From Monocercomonoides exilis PA203 (lineage: Eukaryota; Protista; Preaxostyla): a stretch of 64,000 nt of DNA. Where the stretch lies: NCBI GenBank assembly GCA_001643675.2, contig LSRY02000036.1:930001-994000 (forward strand), written 5' to 3'. Shown in pieces: positions 25,301 to 37,900 of the stretch. The notes beneath the pieces are model-generated. The model searched no databases and was not told the origin of the DNA. It worked only from the letters and a program-made list of their open reading frames with translations. The translations under genes and the position numbers were made by a program. Positions within the stretch are counted from its first letter, which is position 1; every line of letters starts with the position of its first letter.

Positions 25301-28297
25301 AAGGATGGCAAGAAGAAGTCGCCAATGTCTGGCAGTGAGACAGGAGCGAGTGACCTGCTCTACACAGACCCAGCCACACGGCAGCGGTCGCGGGTGATGA
25401 GGAAGGCAAAGGAGACGATGATACCACCGGAACTAGAACAGGAAGTGGACTACATCACAAAGAATGCCCAGGCACGTGCATCGAACAAAGGAACGTTCAG
25501 AACACCGCCTTATGCGAATGGGGCAGCGTTTGGGATAGGCGGGGCAGGTGGGGCTGAAATGGGATATGCACGGCAGCCACCTCTGATGCCAGAGAGGCAC
25601 TTTGAAGAATACACACAGATGCAGACACTGCTGGAGCAGCTGCGGCTGAACATGCAGAATCTGCGGAAGGAGAACGCGATGCTCAGAATCGAGGTCACAT
25701 CGTCTGCTGCCCCAACTTCTGCAAAACGAGGATCGAAGAATTCATCAAAGCTCGGTAATTCTTCTTCCTCTTCCTCTTCTTCATCGTCTTCTGTGATGAT
25801 GCTTGGCTCGCAGACAGAGCGTAAACAGCGGAAGATGGGCGCCTCTGCCTCAACAAACAGGCTCCCCTCAGTTGGAATCTCTGATGCTCCATCTGTTTCC
25901 TCATCAACATCGTCACTTGGCTCACAGACAGAGCGGACACTCAACCGCTCAGCCACATCAGCATCAATTGGGATGAATGCCAAGCTCAGACGCCCTTCTT
26001 CATCTTACTCGTCGAGTCGCACGTTTTTGAGGACAGCCAGCGAAAGGAAGCTGCGGACGCCTCTTGGGCAGATGAAGAAGAAGGGGAAGAAAGGAAGGAA
26101 AGAAGGGCTCTTCAGAGAAGAAGAAGGAGGAGCTGCAGGGAATGAGGAGGCAGGAAATGCTGATGAACAGCAACTCACTGAACGCTCAGCAAGCATGCCT
26201 GGCGGTGCTATTTCGCGAACAAACACCATTTCTGCAGGTGAAAAGTCTCCTCATTCAAAAGTCGAAGAGAATGAAGAATTTGGAGGGAACAATGAAATAG
26301 TGTGGAATGGCAATGAACAAGTGGCAGACAGCGCAATTGATGATGGATCGAACTGGGCTGTGTCCAGAACAAGACCAAGAGAGAGCGAGCATCCAATGGC
26401 AATACAGGAAAACAATGAAATGCAGGTGAATGAAAGCAGTGGAGTGGAAGAAACAGAGACACTTCCTGTGATTATGTCTGATGCTGAGTTACCGATCACC
26501 CAAAGCAACTCAATGACAGACACGATGAATGGGAACGACACAGACATATTTGTGCAGGAGGCAGAGAAGACAGATGATGTGAAGGGCCTGCAGTACATTG
26601 AGATTCCTATAGATGAGATACAAGAAGAATCGAGCTCTGAGAATGTGTGGGGCGTGCCTGAAGAACACGACATGCCAACGATACAAAGTGACAGCAACCT
26701 TGAGCAAGCAAGCAGAGCTGGGTATGAAGAAGGAGGAGAAAGAGAAAGAGAAAGAGAAAGAGAAGAAGTGGAAGGAGAAGTGGAGGAAGGCACAATGTTT
26801 AGTGTGCAAGAAAGCGAGGCAGCAGAACAGAATGCAATCGGAATCCAAGCACTGACAGACCAAATAAGCGAAGAGACAATCAGAGAAGTGGACGAAGAAG
26901 AGGAAAGAGAGCATTCAGAGTCGCACTTCCTTGACACAGACACCAAACAGACATCACTGGGCAGCACAATCGCATCAATTGAACCAGAACTCAAGCTGCC
27001 GCTGATGAGCCAAATGGGAATGGCCTTTGAAGACTTGGAGGAAGTCGACGAGGAACTTGAGAATGTGTGTGAGAATGTCACATCTCCACACAGCACATCT
27101 GCTGCTGCCCTTCCGTCGCAGATGCTGCCGTCTTCCTCGTCTGCGCTGCTTCCTTCCACAACTGCCCGTTCTTCGGCTTCTCTTCAGCCTTCGCTGAATC
27201 CTCCGCCTCTGCTCCTTCCACCTGCTGGCTCGATGGCTGCTTCGACTGACTTTAAGCCACAGCTGCTTCAAATTCCTGGGCTGGAGATGGACGGAGCACC
27301 TGCCTCTTTCGTTGCCTCCACATCGACTACACCAACATACTCATCTTCAACTGGCTCATCTTCCTCTTCATCAGCATCTTCATTGCAGCTGCCTGCCAAT
27401 CCTCTTCTATCAACCAGTCCATCTGGATTTACATCTCCCTTCGCGTCATCCAGCTCTTCAAGTGCATCTCTTTCGTCGCTGAATCCACCAGCCATTCCGA
27501 TTGAGCCACCGCTGCCGTCACAGGAGATTGGTGCATCGCTTGCTCCCTTCACTCCGTTTGACATAACAGCTGAGATGATCAAGCAGGCTGCCCCGCAAGA
27601 GCAGGAGAGGCTGAACCAGCTGCTGAGCATCCAGGTGGAGACGCTGTCGATCATCGACCAGATCAAAAAGATGCTGAAGGAGAACAAAGAGCTCCAGCAG
27701 AAGCAGACACAGGCAGCGAGTTTGAGCGAGGAGGAAGAAGAGAATGAGGAAGAAGTGGCAGAAGAGGAGGAAGTGAAGGCAGATAAGGACGAGCCAACTG
27801 AAGCAAACGAGAACGAACAGCCGACAGAGACTGATGAGACCGAGTTTGGGATCAAGTCAGAGATTCTTCCCAGATCAAAAGGGGCAGACGACTTTTTGGC
27901 GCATCCGAAGCGGAAGATTCTGCGGCAGGCGTCTCTTGCATCGATGCCACGCGGCCTGTCGATGTCGCAGCTGGCAGCGCTGTCATCTTCGAGGCGCCCT
28001 CCAACGACAGACGCGGAAAGGAGGTGGAAGAAGGGGAGCGATGCGGTGAACAACCTGATGATGGGGCGGCCTGTGTATCAGATTGAGGTGGTTAAGCCGG
28101 GGGAGGAGCAGACTGGCGGAGAGAAGGGGAAGGAGAAGGAGAACGACAGAGGAATCGCTTCTGACAGGCAGAGGCCGCATGCAAGGCATTTGAGGTCAGA
28201 TTCTGTGTCTTCTATAAAATCGGAGTTGAGCTTTGCGAATGGATCGCTTTCGACTCGGAGCATGATTTCTCAGCGCTTTCACATGAAAAAGAAATGA
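13381..28297 (+). CDS. Giant (~4,876 aa) low-complexity/coiled-coil protein with probable N-terminal C2 domain, 4 exons
   Basis: Exons 13381-13521, 13620-13743, 13792-21809 and 21950-28297 all splice in frame at GT..AG. C2-like pattern: TDISPITFKPRYRRDCFDFIVPTSFIRKETALFIIMFKNE...ILGAAIISLSGI. Confidence 0.8.
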
Positions 28298-29655
28298 TAA
28301 AACGAGAAAACAAAGAAGAAATTCTACTTCTTATTAAATTCTATGAGTCATCAGTTTATGAGAACGAGATGATTCTGCAACACTTATCAAACATTCTTTG
28401 TCTGCATTCACTGAATTCATTCACATCATATTGAGGGGCTTATTTATTGAGATTACCAATCTCATCGTATGTATGCTTGTCTTAATTGCATTTGAGCCAA
28501 TAGATTTGGTGAGACATTGAGATATTTCTCCAACCTCTCAGCCAAATATTCTTCATCAATTTCTTCTCAGTTTTTGATTTTTTGATTCTGAAATGCTTCA
28601 ATCGAAGCCCAACTTTTCATTCATTTCTCTGATAGCATTTTCTTTTGTGTGTTTGGGCGTCTCTATTTGTTGACAATTTGTTTAGCATTCCACATATGTA
28701 GCATTTTTTTTTATTGTTATTTTTGTTGTTTATGTCTTCTGTTTGTTTTTGAAGACTATCTTAATTTCATTCAAAACATTGAAGCTTTTTGTGTGGGCTT
28801 TATGTTTTTACGTCAGTTAGCTTTCATAGCAATCTGATTATTATTTAGTGAACTGCTCCTAATTTTGCTCTTCTTAAACATTGTGAATTTTTTTATAAGT
28901 AGAACAAATACTTTTCTTTCGCTTTTATGCTCTCTTACAATTTTTGTTATGCACATTTCATTCAGTTGTTTGATTATGTTCTTACATCTTTTTATACAAA
29001 GTTTTTGTTTGTTTTTTTGTTTATTTATATATCTGAGCCAGTTAAGGTGCCTACTTCATTTTCCATACATTATTACCAGAACTTTATTGTTATTGCTTTT
29101 TTGTTTAATTTCATTTGCATTCCACAATTTTTTGTGCTGCTTTGAGTGTTCAACAATGCAATACCAAATCAACTGTTTCTGATTGAGTTGAGTGTGTCTC
29201 TTGTTAGCTTCAGAAAAATAACAGCATAATCCTTAAGAATAGTTTCTTTTCGAATGATTGGTGCAAAACAATGTCAGATGAGGAGGGAAAAAAAAAGTTG
29301 TTTAATTGAAGAAATTATAAAAGTGAAAATTGTGAAGGGAAAATTATTTCATTATATTAACAGTACTCAGTTTGTTGATGTGCAAGACACATTGCCTATC
29401 ATAAACAACAACAGAAACAAACAAAAATTAAAATGTAGCGCAGAATAGAAGGAAGAAATTCAGCAAAACATAGTCTGAAATTATAAGTTTTGTGGTTTAA
29501 AAGGCATGTGTGGCACATAATTTGCACACGCAAATTGCTTTAGATTTCTCGCAAACACAACAAAGTGTTGCTCTTTTCACAATTCTTTTCACCAAAAATA
29601 AATACATGAATAAATAAAGCAATAAAAGGCAGGAATAAGCTCTTTGCGAAGTTCT

Positions 29656-31826
29656 CTAAAGCTCCTTGGAATTCTTTTCCTTTCTCTGCTTTTTGCCTTT
29701 TATCGTTTTCATCACCATCAGAACTGGAATCACAACTGCAATCACTTTCAGTCCCCACCAATCCACCACACGATTTATTTGGAGCACATCTGGCCAGATA
29801 AGAACCTGCAAAAGGATAGAAAAATCATTAAATTAAATTAAAATATTATTTAATTCTTTTTCTTTTTTTTTAAAGAACAACAAAAATACACACAGCAAAT
29901 GTCGAAGCAGCATAGTTGAACAGAAGTCCTGTCCACATCCAGTCGAAGATGCCTCTGAGCACATCAAACAGACCCGTCTTCTCATTTTTGGCTTCTGTTG
30001 CAGTGGATGTTTGAGCGGGTGTAGCAAGCGAAGGGGCAGATGTCATCGAGGGGGAATACATGGGCGATGGAGAAGAAGACGGCAGAAGGGGAGAAGGTGT
30101 CGCAGCATCAGCATCCTTCTCCTTCTTCTTCGCTTCCAGTTCTTTGAGCTCCTTTTCTGTCTCCTTGATTCCGTAGAGGAGAGGTCTCTTCTCGTTTTTG
30201 ATGGGGAACATGGAGAAGTAGAGGCGGTCGATCACGTTGATGAGGAAGAGGATCGAAAAGTGGAGGGAATATGCCAAGTACCACCCGTGCCACACAGCAG
30301 ACACAATGAATGTCGTGTACTGCATGAAGGGATGAAGCTGGCCGGTCTTCTTGTCTGTCGGCCCACGGACATAAATGTCTGTGTGAATTGAAGAGGGAGG
30401 AGGGAAGAGGCAGTGGCAGGGAAACAAGAAATATAAAATGGATGTGCAAAATGATACAAAGCAAAAAGGAGGGGAAAATAATAAAAGAAAGAAAGAAAAA
30501 TAATTCTTTAATTATGCACAATTTTGAGATAAAAAGCAAACAGTATTTCAGGAATCTTTGGGTGCCGCAGTTCCAATCAGCAATGAAAACACGAGGTCTT
30601 CGAGCAGTTTCGAGACGGAAGATGAAGCAGTTGATGGCGCCTTCCCAGCTGTGCCCGTCAAAGCCAGCACCAGCCAAGATCATTGCTGCGTTAGTAAGAC
30701 TCCATGCAGCATAATACCTTCACAGATGAAGAAAAAAAATAAGAAGAGAAAGAAATGGATCAATAAAAATAACAAAAGTTGTTTTTTAAAAAAATAAAAT
30801 AAATAATTCTCTGTAAGCATTTTTTTTAAAAAAAAAAAAAAGAATAGACAAGGCATTTTGATGAATTTTTCAAACTTCAATCTCGTCCATTCCATGGATA
30901 TGTGAATAATCAGGATCTTTTTGATTAGCGGTTTTTGGATGAATTTTTCATCATAAATGAAGGACGTATCTGTTGGTTTCACAAAATAGACCATGCATAT
31001 AATGCCCAATATCAACTGTTCGAAAAATAGTTTATAACGAGATTTCAATGGAGAAGTGGTACGCTCAACGCTGGATATGTACATTGAATACTCAGCCGAC
31101 GGACCATAAGAAATTGATATTGGAAAGAATATCCAACTAAACCGTGTTAAAGTCAAGTGTATAAAATAAAGCTTTGAAAAAATAAAATTCCAAACGAAAT
31201 AAATTTGAAAAATGATGGACATTCATTAATCGCCACTCGTCTTTGGTGAGATGTTCGAAGCACTGGTTTTTCTGGTGGCACTCCTCCATTTTTTTTTATT
31301 GACTCTGATTGTCGGTGCCCATCAAATAGATTCCAAGCCAAAGATGTACACTTTTGCACAGCAATCATAAGAGGTCCGGTAATATCCATTTGCCAAACTC
31401 CATATGCCGTCTTATAATAATATCCAAAAGTTGTCAAAAGATACACCATGTTAAAGGCAAAGACTACTAATGGATGACGTTGACCAAATCCACATGCTAT
31501 GATGATATAAGAAGGTATTACAAGTCCGAGAAATGCGAGAGTGGAATATGTTCCATAAGAAAACAGAAGCATAAACACTCCAGAAACGAGACTTGAAAAG
31601 TGCCTTTGAGCTCCTGCCTTTAAGTGGGGCCAAATAAATGCAAAAATAAAGGTAAAAGTGAAGCCTATCATCACAAAATACACGTTGTACACAAAACTAT
31701 ATTTAAATTTTTTTATTCACAGAAAATCAAACTGACAAATGATTTCGTTATATCTGATGAAAATCCAGTATACGCCTTCACTGGAGCAATAAGTTGATCG
31801 ACTGCTTCGGATATTGGATCGTACAT
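29656..31826 (-). CDS. MBOAT-family lysophospholipid acyltransferase (Ale1/LPCAT-like)
   Basis: DITGPLMIAVQKCTSLAWNLFDG, GPSAEY, KYYAAWSL, DWNCGTQRFLK, and the catalytic TFIVSAVWHGWY motif. ATG at 31826, TAG at 29656. Confidence 0.92.
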
Positions 31827-32388
31827 GCTATCTATATTCTTTTCTTAAACAATAGATTTTTATGAAAAGAAATCCAATAAAGGTTTAGACACTAATTTCA
31901 AAAAATAAAAGATAATTCGTTTTCATTGATTATACTAAACATTTTCATTTAATAATTGTATGAAAGCAAATGATTGGATTCAATAGACAATTTTTTTGAA
32001 CATTTCGACATATGATGCAATTCATTAATGATTTAATTTGTTTTTTGTTAAAAAATCAATAAAAAGCAAAGAAAACTTTTTAGAGTTTAAACAACTGAAA
32101 TTCAACAAGAAAGTTATATTTGAAGTTTCGTCAAAATTTTCAAAAAATCCTGAAGTTGTATTGTTTTGCTTTCTTGTTTTTAAATTTTTAAATTGCATCA
32201 AGCAATAAATTCCACTTTTGCAATTGATGCGACATTTTAATAAATTAGACAACAATTTTTGCTTCGATAGGAATCATTTACAACAAAAGCAAAAGCTGCA
32301 ATGAAATTTTTGGTTCAAAAAGAGATTACGAGCAGATTTTAGTGAAATAAACAAATTACTTCTCAAGTTGCGAGTTTTCATTACTAAG

Positions 32389-33112
32389 TCAGGGGCTGGG
32401 ATCTGTAAAACTCCAATCCGACTCGGAAGGATCATCTGAAGCTAACATTGAATAGCGAAAATCATTTGAAGGTTTAATCTAGAAAATAAACAATGTTGAT
32501 AATCAATAAAATGTTTGCATGAATATGTTTAAATAAAGAAAAACTTTTTCTTTTGATTTACTAAGCATATTTAAAATGTCTGTGCAGGCTCGGAAAATAT
32601 TCGAATTTATTTTTTTCCCTTCTAAAAAATGGAATAAAAATCATAATTACTCTGCATTATGGAAGGAAGAAAATCTTACTTAGTGTTTGGCTCCAACCAT
32701 CTTTATATAAAGAGCTGAGACAAATATGTCCATTTGAATATATATGCTTTCAAGAATGAAAAATTAGTCAATGTATAGAATCTTGAAAACCTTGTGAACT
32801 GGGATCAAAGGCGGAACAAATGTAACCAACGGTGCTCTTTGAGGATAATCTGGGAAAAATCGAAATTTTAAATCAAAGATTTCTCCTTCGTACAAAGAAT
32901 TTTTTGGCCCAGCAAGTTTTAAATACAGTCTTTTAAATAAATATTGCAATATATTCATTGTTATAACAGACATACGGATTAAAAATAGTTATTGATTTCG
33001 GAATTATTATTCCTGTATTTTCCATCTTGCTAATTTCTTTCAGTTCTCTTGATATTTTACCAATTGTTAAAGGAGGAAGAATAGGAACAGGAAGAGGTGT
33101 GCGAGGAAGCAT
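32389..33112 (-). CDS. UBE2W: Ubiquitin-conjugating enzyme E2, UBE2W-like
   Basis: GPKNSLYEGEIFDLKFRFFPDYPQRAPLVTF..PVHK|HIYSNGHICLSSL, with His in place of the HPN Asn as in UBE2W. The C-terminal DDPSESDWSFTD resembles the UBE2W tail. Confidence 0.8.
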
Positions 33113-33558
33113 CTTTAAAGGACAAATATTAAATTAATAATGACAAAAAAATAATTCTCTTTAAGAAAATAGTTGAACTAAAAATCAAAGAAAATAGAAT
33201 AGGATTTTATTAAAATAAATTATGGTTTTTGATGATTTAAAAAACAAGTTTTTTACAGGAAACTTTAACAATAAATATCATTTCAAATATTTAATACTTT
33301 GGTTTATTTGTTTTCTTATTTGTATAAGTTGAAGTATTGGAAATAATTTCAAAATGAGAAATCCGTTTAATATTCATTCACGAAAAATAACATAAATAAC
33401 AAGGTTAAAAAAAATCACATTTTTAAAATCAATAACACAATGATGAAGAATATTTGAACGCATAAATCTTGCATTATCACTCTTTTTAATTATTTATAAA
33501 TTGAAAATGCGCTTTTTTCAAAAAATTGGACAATTCTCTTTAAAACAGTCTTTCTTCT

Positions 33559-33560
<2 letters not shown>

Positions 33561-33623
<63 letters not shown>

Positions 33624-33665
33624 TACAGTAATTATTGTTATTGTTATTGTTATTGTCATTGTTAT
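33561..33665. repeat. (ATTT)n + poly-T + (TTATTG)n microsatellite cluster
   Basis: Seen directly in sequence. Confidence 0.9.
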
Positions 33666-33919
33666 TATTTACATTATGTTAATCTATTTTTTGTTGTGTG
33701 TCGAATCATTTGTTTGTTTCATCAATTCATGTTTGTTGATTCATTCATCTCTGAAATAATTCAATGAATTCTCTGTGTACGCATTTAATAAGTGTTTTTT
33801 TTAAAAAAAAATGATAATAATAAATCAATCATCAAACTTTTCAGTATTTATCCCATTTTTAATGAAATAAATTGGAAATTTTTTTATCTTTTCAAAATTT
33901 TCTTTTCGAATCTGAGAAA

Positions 33920-34659
33920 ATGACATCGAATGTCATTATAAGCACAAATTTCTATTCTGAAGATGTTGAAAAGATCAATGAAAACTTCAAGAGTTCTTCA
34001 AACGATTTATCTTTTGTATGAACTATTTTTTGCTTCACCGTCGGATAATTAACTTTTCGGTGCTATATTTTAGTGCTACAAAAAAAGCACTTATGATGAT
34101 CAGTATCTGGAAAGTCTTATAGAAGCTTGCCTTTCATTTATGGATTCTGAAGCTCCTCTGTTTCCAGTTGCTGGAAAGAAGACAATTTCACAAAAATATG
34201 GGGAAACAATCAAAAAATGGAGTGTGCTTTTCATTCATTCTTTTATGTGCTCTTTCTAAATTTTATTTCATTTTTTTGACTTTATTGTTATTTGTATTAT
34301 TTGGTTTTTAGAAGAAGAAATTATGAAACCGCAACCCTCATTCTGCTTTCTTTTTAAATTGAAAACGAAAAAAGTCTTCAACATATACTTAGATTTGAAA
34401 ACAGATGATGAAAAGCGTCCTGACTTGAAACAAGTTTGATCTTCTCTTTGCAGATAACTTTTTTATTATATATAATCTATGTTGTCTGTAAAAACACAAT
34501 TATTTTTGGACTCTTTTTTTTCAGGTTGTTTTATTACTTGTTCAGCACTTTTTACAGCAAAAGCCAGAATTTAAAGCAAACAGCTTGTCGCTACAATTTC
34601 CATCTCAAGTTCTTGGATATGCCTTGCCAAGTGTTTTCGGAGAGCAGACATTAACTTGA
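33920..34659 (+). CDS. Small hypothetical protein, 4 exons (not in ORF track)
   Basis: MTSNVIISTNFYSEDVEKINENFKSSSNDLSF|CYKKSTYDDQYLESLIEACLSF...|...|VVLLLVQHFLQQKPEF...QTLT-TGA. All three introns are GT..AG and keep the frame. Confidence 0.7.
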
Positions 34660-34928
34660 TTTCACACAAGTTCAGTTATGGACTAAGAATTGTTTTTAAC
34701 TATCTCAAACAAGTGTTTTTCCAGAAGATATTATGTTCAAAAAAAAGATTGAATTGCTTTTTACCACATTTTTTAAGTTTTCAAATAACTACTGTTTTGA
34801 GTTGATGTTTTTGTTTTTTATATATCAATTGTGGAATAAATTTTTTTATAAAAAACATTTATCTTTTCACATTTTTCGAAAATGTTTGTTTTTCAAAAAC
34901 AAGTGAGAATTTTTGCTTTAGTTATATT

Positions 34929-37900
34929 ATGGGAGTGCTGTTTGATTTGATCGAAAAAAGTATTATTTCGTCCCGTGATTAACTTGTGCATAAAAGAGTT
35001 TTGTCTTAATGAGTCAAAGAGATGATGACCAACGTTCAGTGAGCAGATCCGTTTCATCTGACTCCTCAACTGCAAATTCAATGGCAGTTGTGAAGTTTGA
35101 TGGAATCGATCATGCGTTATTTTCCTTGTTGTATACACTTCACCGGGTTTGATATCTTATTGTTGCCACTTGTTTATTGGAATATACTAAATTGATTGAA
35201 TTTTTAGGAACCAAGATTTCCCCAGATTTATTGGATTATTTGCATATTATTCACCATTATTCAATGTGTCGGGCTTTCTGTTTATTTTAACAAATGGCCT
35301 TTGGCAGAATCGTTTCGCCGAGGGGTTATTGAATTTTTTGGGTATTTTGTTATTTCTTTACGTTCATTATGCATAACTCTTTTATTTGATAGATATCTAA
35401 ATTTTTCGATTTCATGGACAAATTCAGTATTTTCCCTTGTGATGACAATTATTTGCTCAGTATTTGTGCTATGTTCCGTAATTAGTGTAGTTTTATCTTC
35501 AATCTTAAATAAAAGAGAAAACAGCAAATTCGCATGGGTTTCATCAGTTGCGAATTATTTAACAACTCTTGTGTCGTTTCTGTTTTACTTGCCTTGCTTG
35601 AACACATTTGCAGGAAACTTTTTATGTGTTGGAACGGGCAAGGATTTTGCAGAAATGGATTGCGAAAGAGCGGAAAGAATGGCTATGACAATTATATCTG
35701 CATTTTTAGCGTTAATATTGATCGTTTACGGATTTGTAGTTCGGCTATTTCTATTCCAGCAAAATACCAAAAAAGGAGATATATTTGCTTGTCAAACCGG
35801 AATATACAATACACTTGTTTTGGTACTAACATCAGTTATGACAATTATTTCAGTGTTTTTGAGTGGAACACCAATCGTTATACCAATAGTTGGGTTTGCA
35901 AATTTGAAAAAATAAACAGAAAAACATTAGAAATGTGTTAATTAATGAATATCATTATTCAAAGTCATCATTTTTTAAATTTTTTTAATACAATAAAATT
36001 TTTTTGAATCAATAATTCGTTTTTTGCTTTTTTATTTTTTTTTTATAGCGCTGTGTGCTCGTTCATATTATTTATAGTATCCTTCTTTGTCCAGCCGTTT
36101 TTCCATCCGTCTGGAAATGCTCTGTGGAGTGCCAGTTGGGCATTGACTTTTTGGATGTTTGTGATGGGCATAGTCGCTGAAGTTATCGACACCGAAGTCA
36201 CCTGGCACAATGTCGTATTCTGGATTGTGTGTGCCTTAGGAGCATTGGGCGTCCCAGCACTGTTTGGCCTGTTGTGCATGAAGCGAGCGAAGTCGATGTG
36301 GGCGATGCGGCCAGGCGAGAGCATCCCAATTGTTCGTGGCAACAAAGAGCAGATGATGGTTCTGTCTTCCATGATGCCCCAGCAGGTGTCCAACCCAACA
36401 ACATCGTCTGCTCCAACCACCATCAGCGTTTCCAATCCACCAATCTCTGGCTCATCAAACTATCTTTTTGGAAGCAACACAGCTAGCCAGCCAACTCCAG
36501 CACCCAACCCGCTCAGTGCGTATGGTGCAGTTGTAATAACTCCAAGCTCAATCGCTGGATCATCTACGTCGTCTACCCAACAGTCTTCAGCAATAGCACA
36601 GCCTCTGATTCCTACGGCATCTGGCACAGGAACTGGACCATCTCAAGGTCAGTCACAGCCGCAGTCACTTTTGCTGCCTCCCACATCGTCCTCTTCCGGC
36701 ACAGGAGCAGCATCACACAATTCCTCATCGAATACACTACCAACTGTAGCTACACCACAGCCTCTAATTACCCTTCCTCAAACATCATCAGCATCCAGCT
36801 CCTCAAACTTGGCGCCATCTGCAAGAAGTGAATCACCTCTTAATCCACGACCAAGCACCGGAAAGGAAGAAGAAACTTCCGCTTTGCACATTGCGACTCC
36901 TTCTTCTGCATCAGCATCCGTTTCAGCCTCGGCGTCTTCTTCGTCAATTGGCACTGCATCAAATGCTCACTCAGGTGCAGCTGGCATTTCTGGTGCCTCA
37001 TACAACATGAATGGAATGCCTCGTGTTTCAGCCGGAACAACGCTATTGGATCCAATGAACAACACACCCCGCACAACACCAGCAACAACACCTTCTTCCG
37101 CTGGTGTGCAAAAGACATCTCTGTTCAGCAGCTGTGCATCGTCAGTTACACCAAGACAGCCTGGACAGCAGATTCAATCGCCTTTGCTGCTCAGCAGCTC
37201 GACTCCTTCATCTGCTGGGTCGTCATTCTCAACCATCGGCCAGCCAGCCTATCCGATGTCCACTCTCAACTTCCAGGGCGCCCCTGCCTCATCTGCCTCG
37301 CTCATATCGCCAAAGTCCTCTCGTTCGACTGTGCAGGGAATGGGACAAAGCGGATCTCATCTGTCGAATGTGGGATCCAATGTCCGACCGAGCTCTCCAT
37401 CAGCAGCAAAGCCACTTCTGCCACCAAAGAAGCTGCCAAAGTATACTTCAGTATCACAGATACAATATGCTATCCGCTATTTGTCTGACCGAAAGCTGAG
37501 AAAGAACCAGAATACGATTACACTTGCAGAGACACTCCTGAACATTGGGCAGAAGAAGTTTGGGATGTCATCTGGAATGTGGATGACAGTAGCACTGTTC
37601 CATCTGTCGCACACACAAAACCAGATGAAGATGGGTGATGCACTCAGAACATGCAGACAGTGCATTCCAAATGTGATTGAACGCTGGTTGATCTTTGCCT
37701 TGTTGCACGACATGGAACGAAAGTCCTCCAAGAACATGTCCAGCGGCGGAGCTAACTCGCTCAGTGCGACATTCAGACTGGACTTTGAAAAGGCTCAGAA
37801 GGCACACGCTGTGTCTAGAGCGTATCTGCAGCAGGCGTATCTGATGCTAGCAAAGCAGCATTTGGATCTGGAGAGGATTATGATCTTCATGGACAAGGCA

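Noticed and set aside
14084-28263. Dozens of antisense and alternate-frame ORFs (poly-S/F/L) over the giant gene, and likewise over 36-41 kb and 48-59 kb
   Set aside because: They are shadows of low-complexity codons with no independent domain signal.
28300-29650. Hydrophobic ORFs in T-rich spacers (also 7214-7864, 42266-42798, 59040-60113)
   Set aside because: They are compositional artefacts of AT-rich UTR or intergenic DNA with no coherent exon chain.
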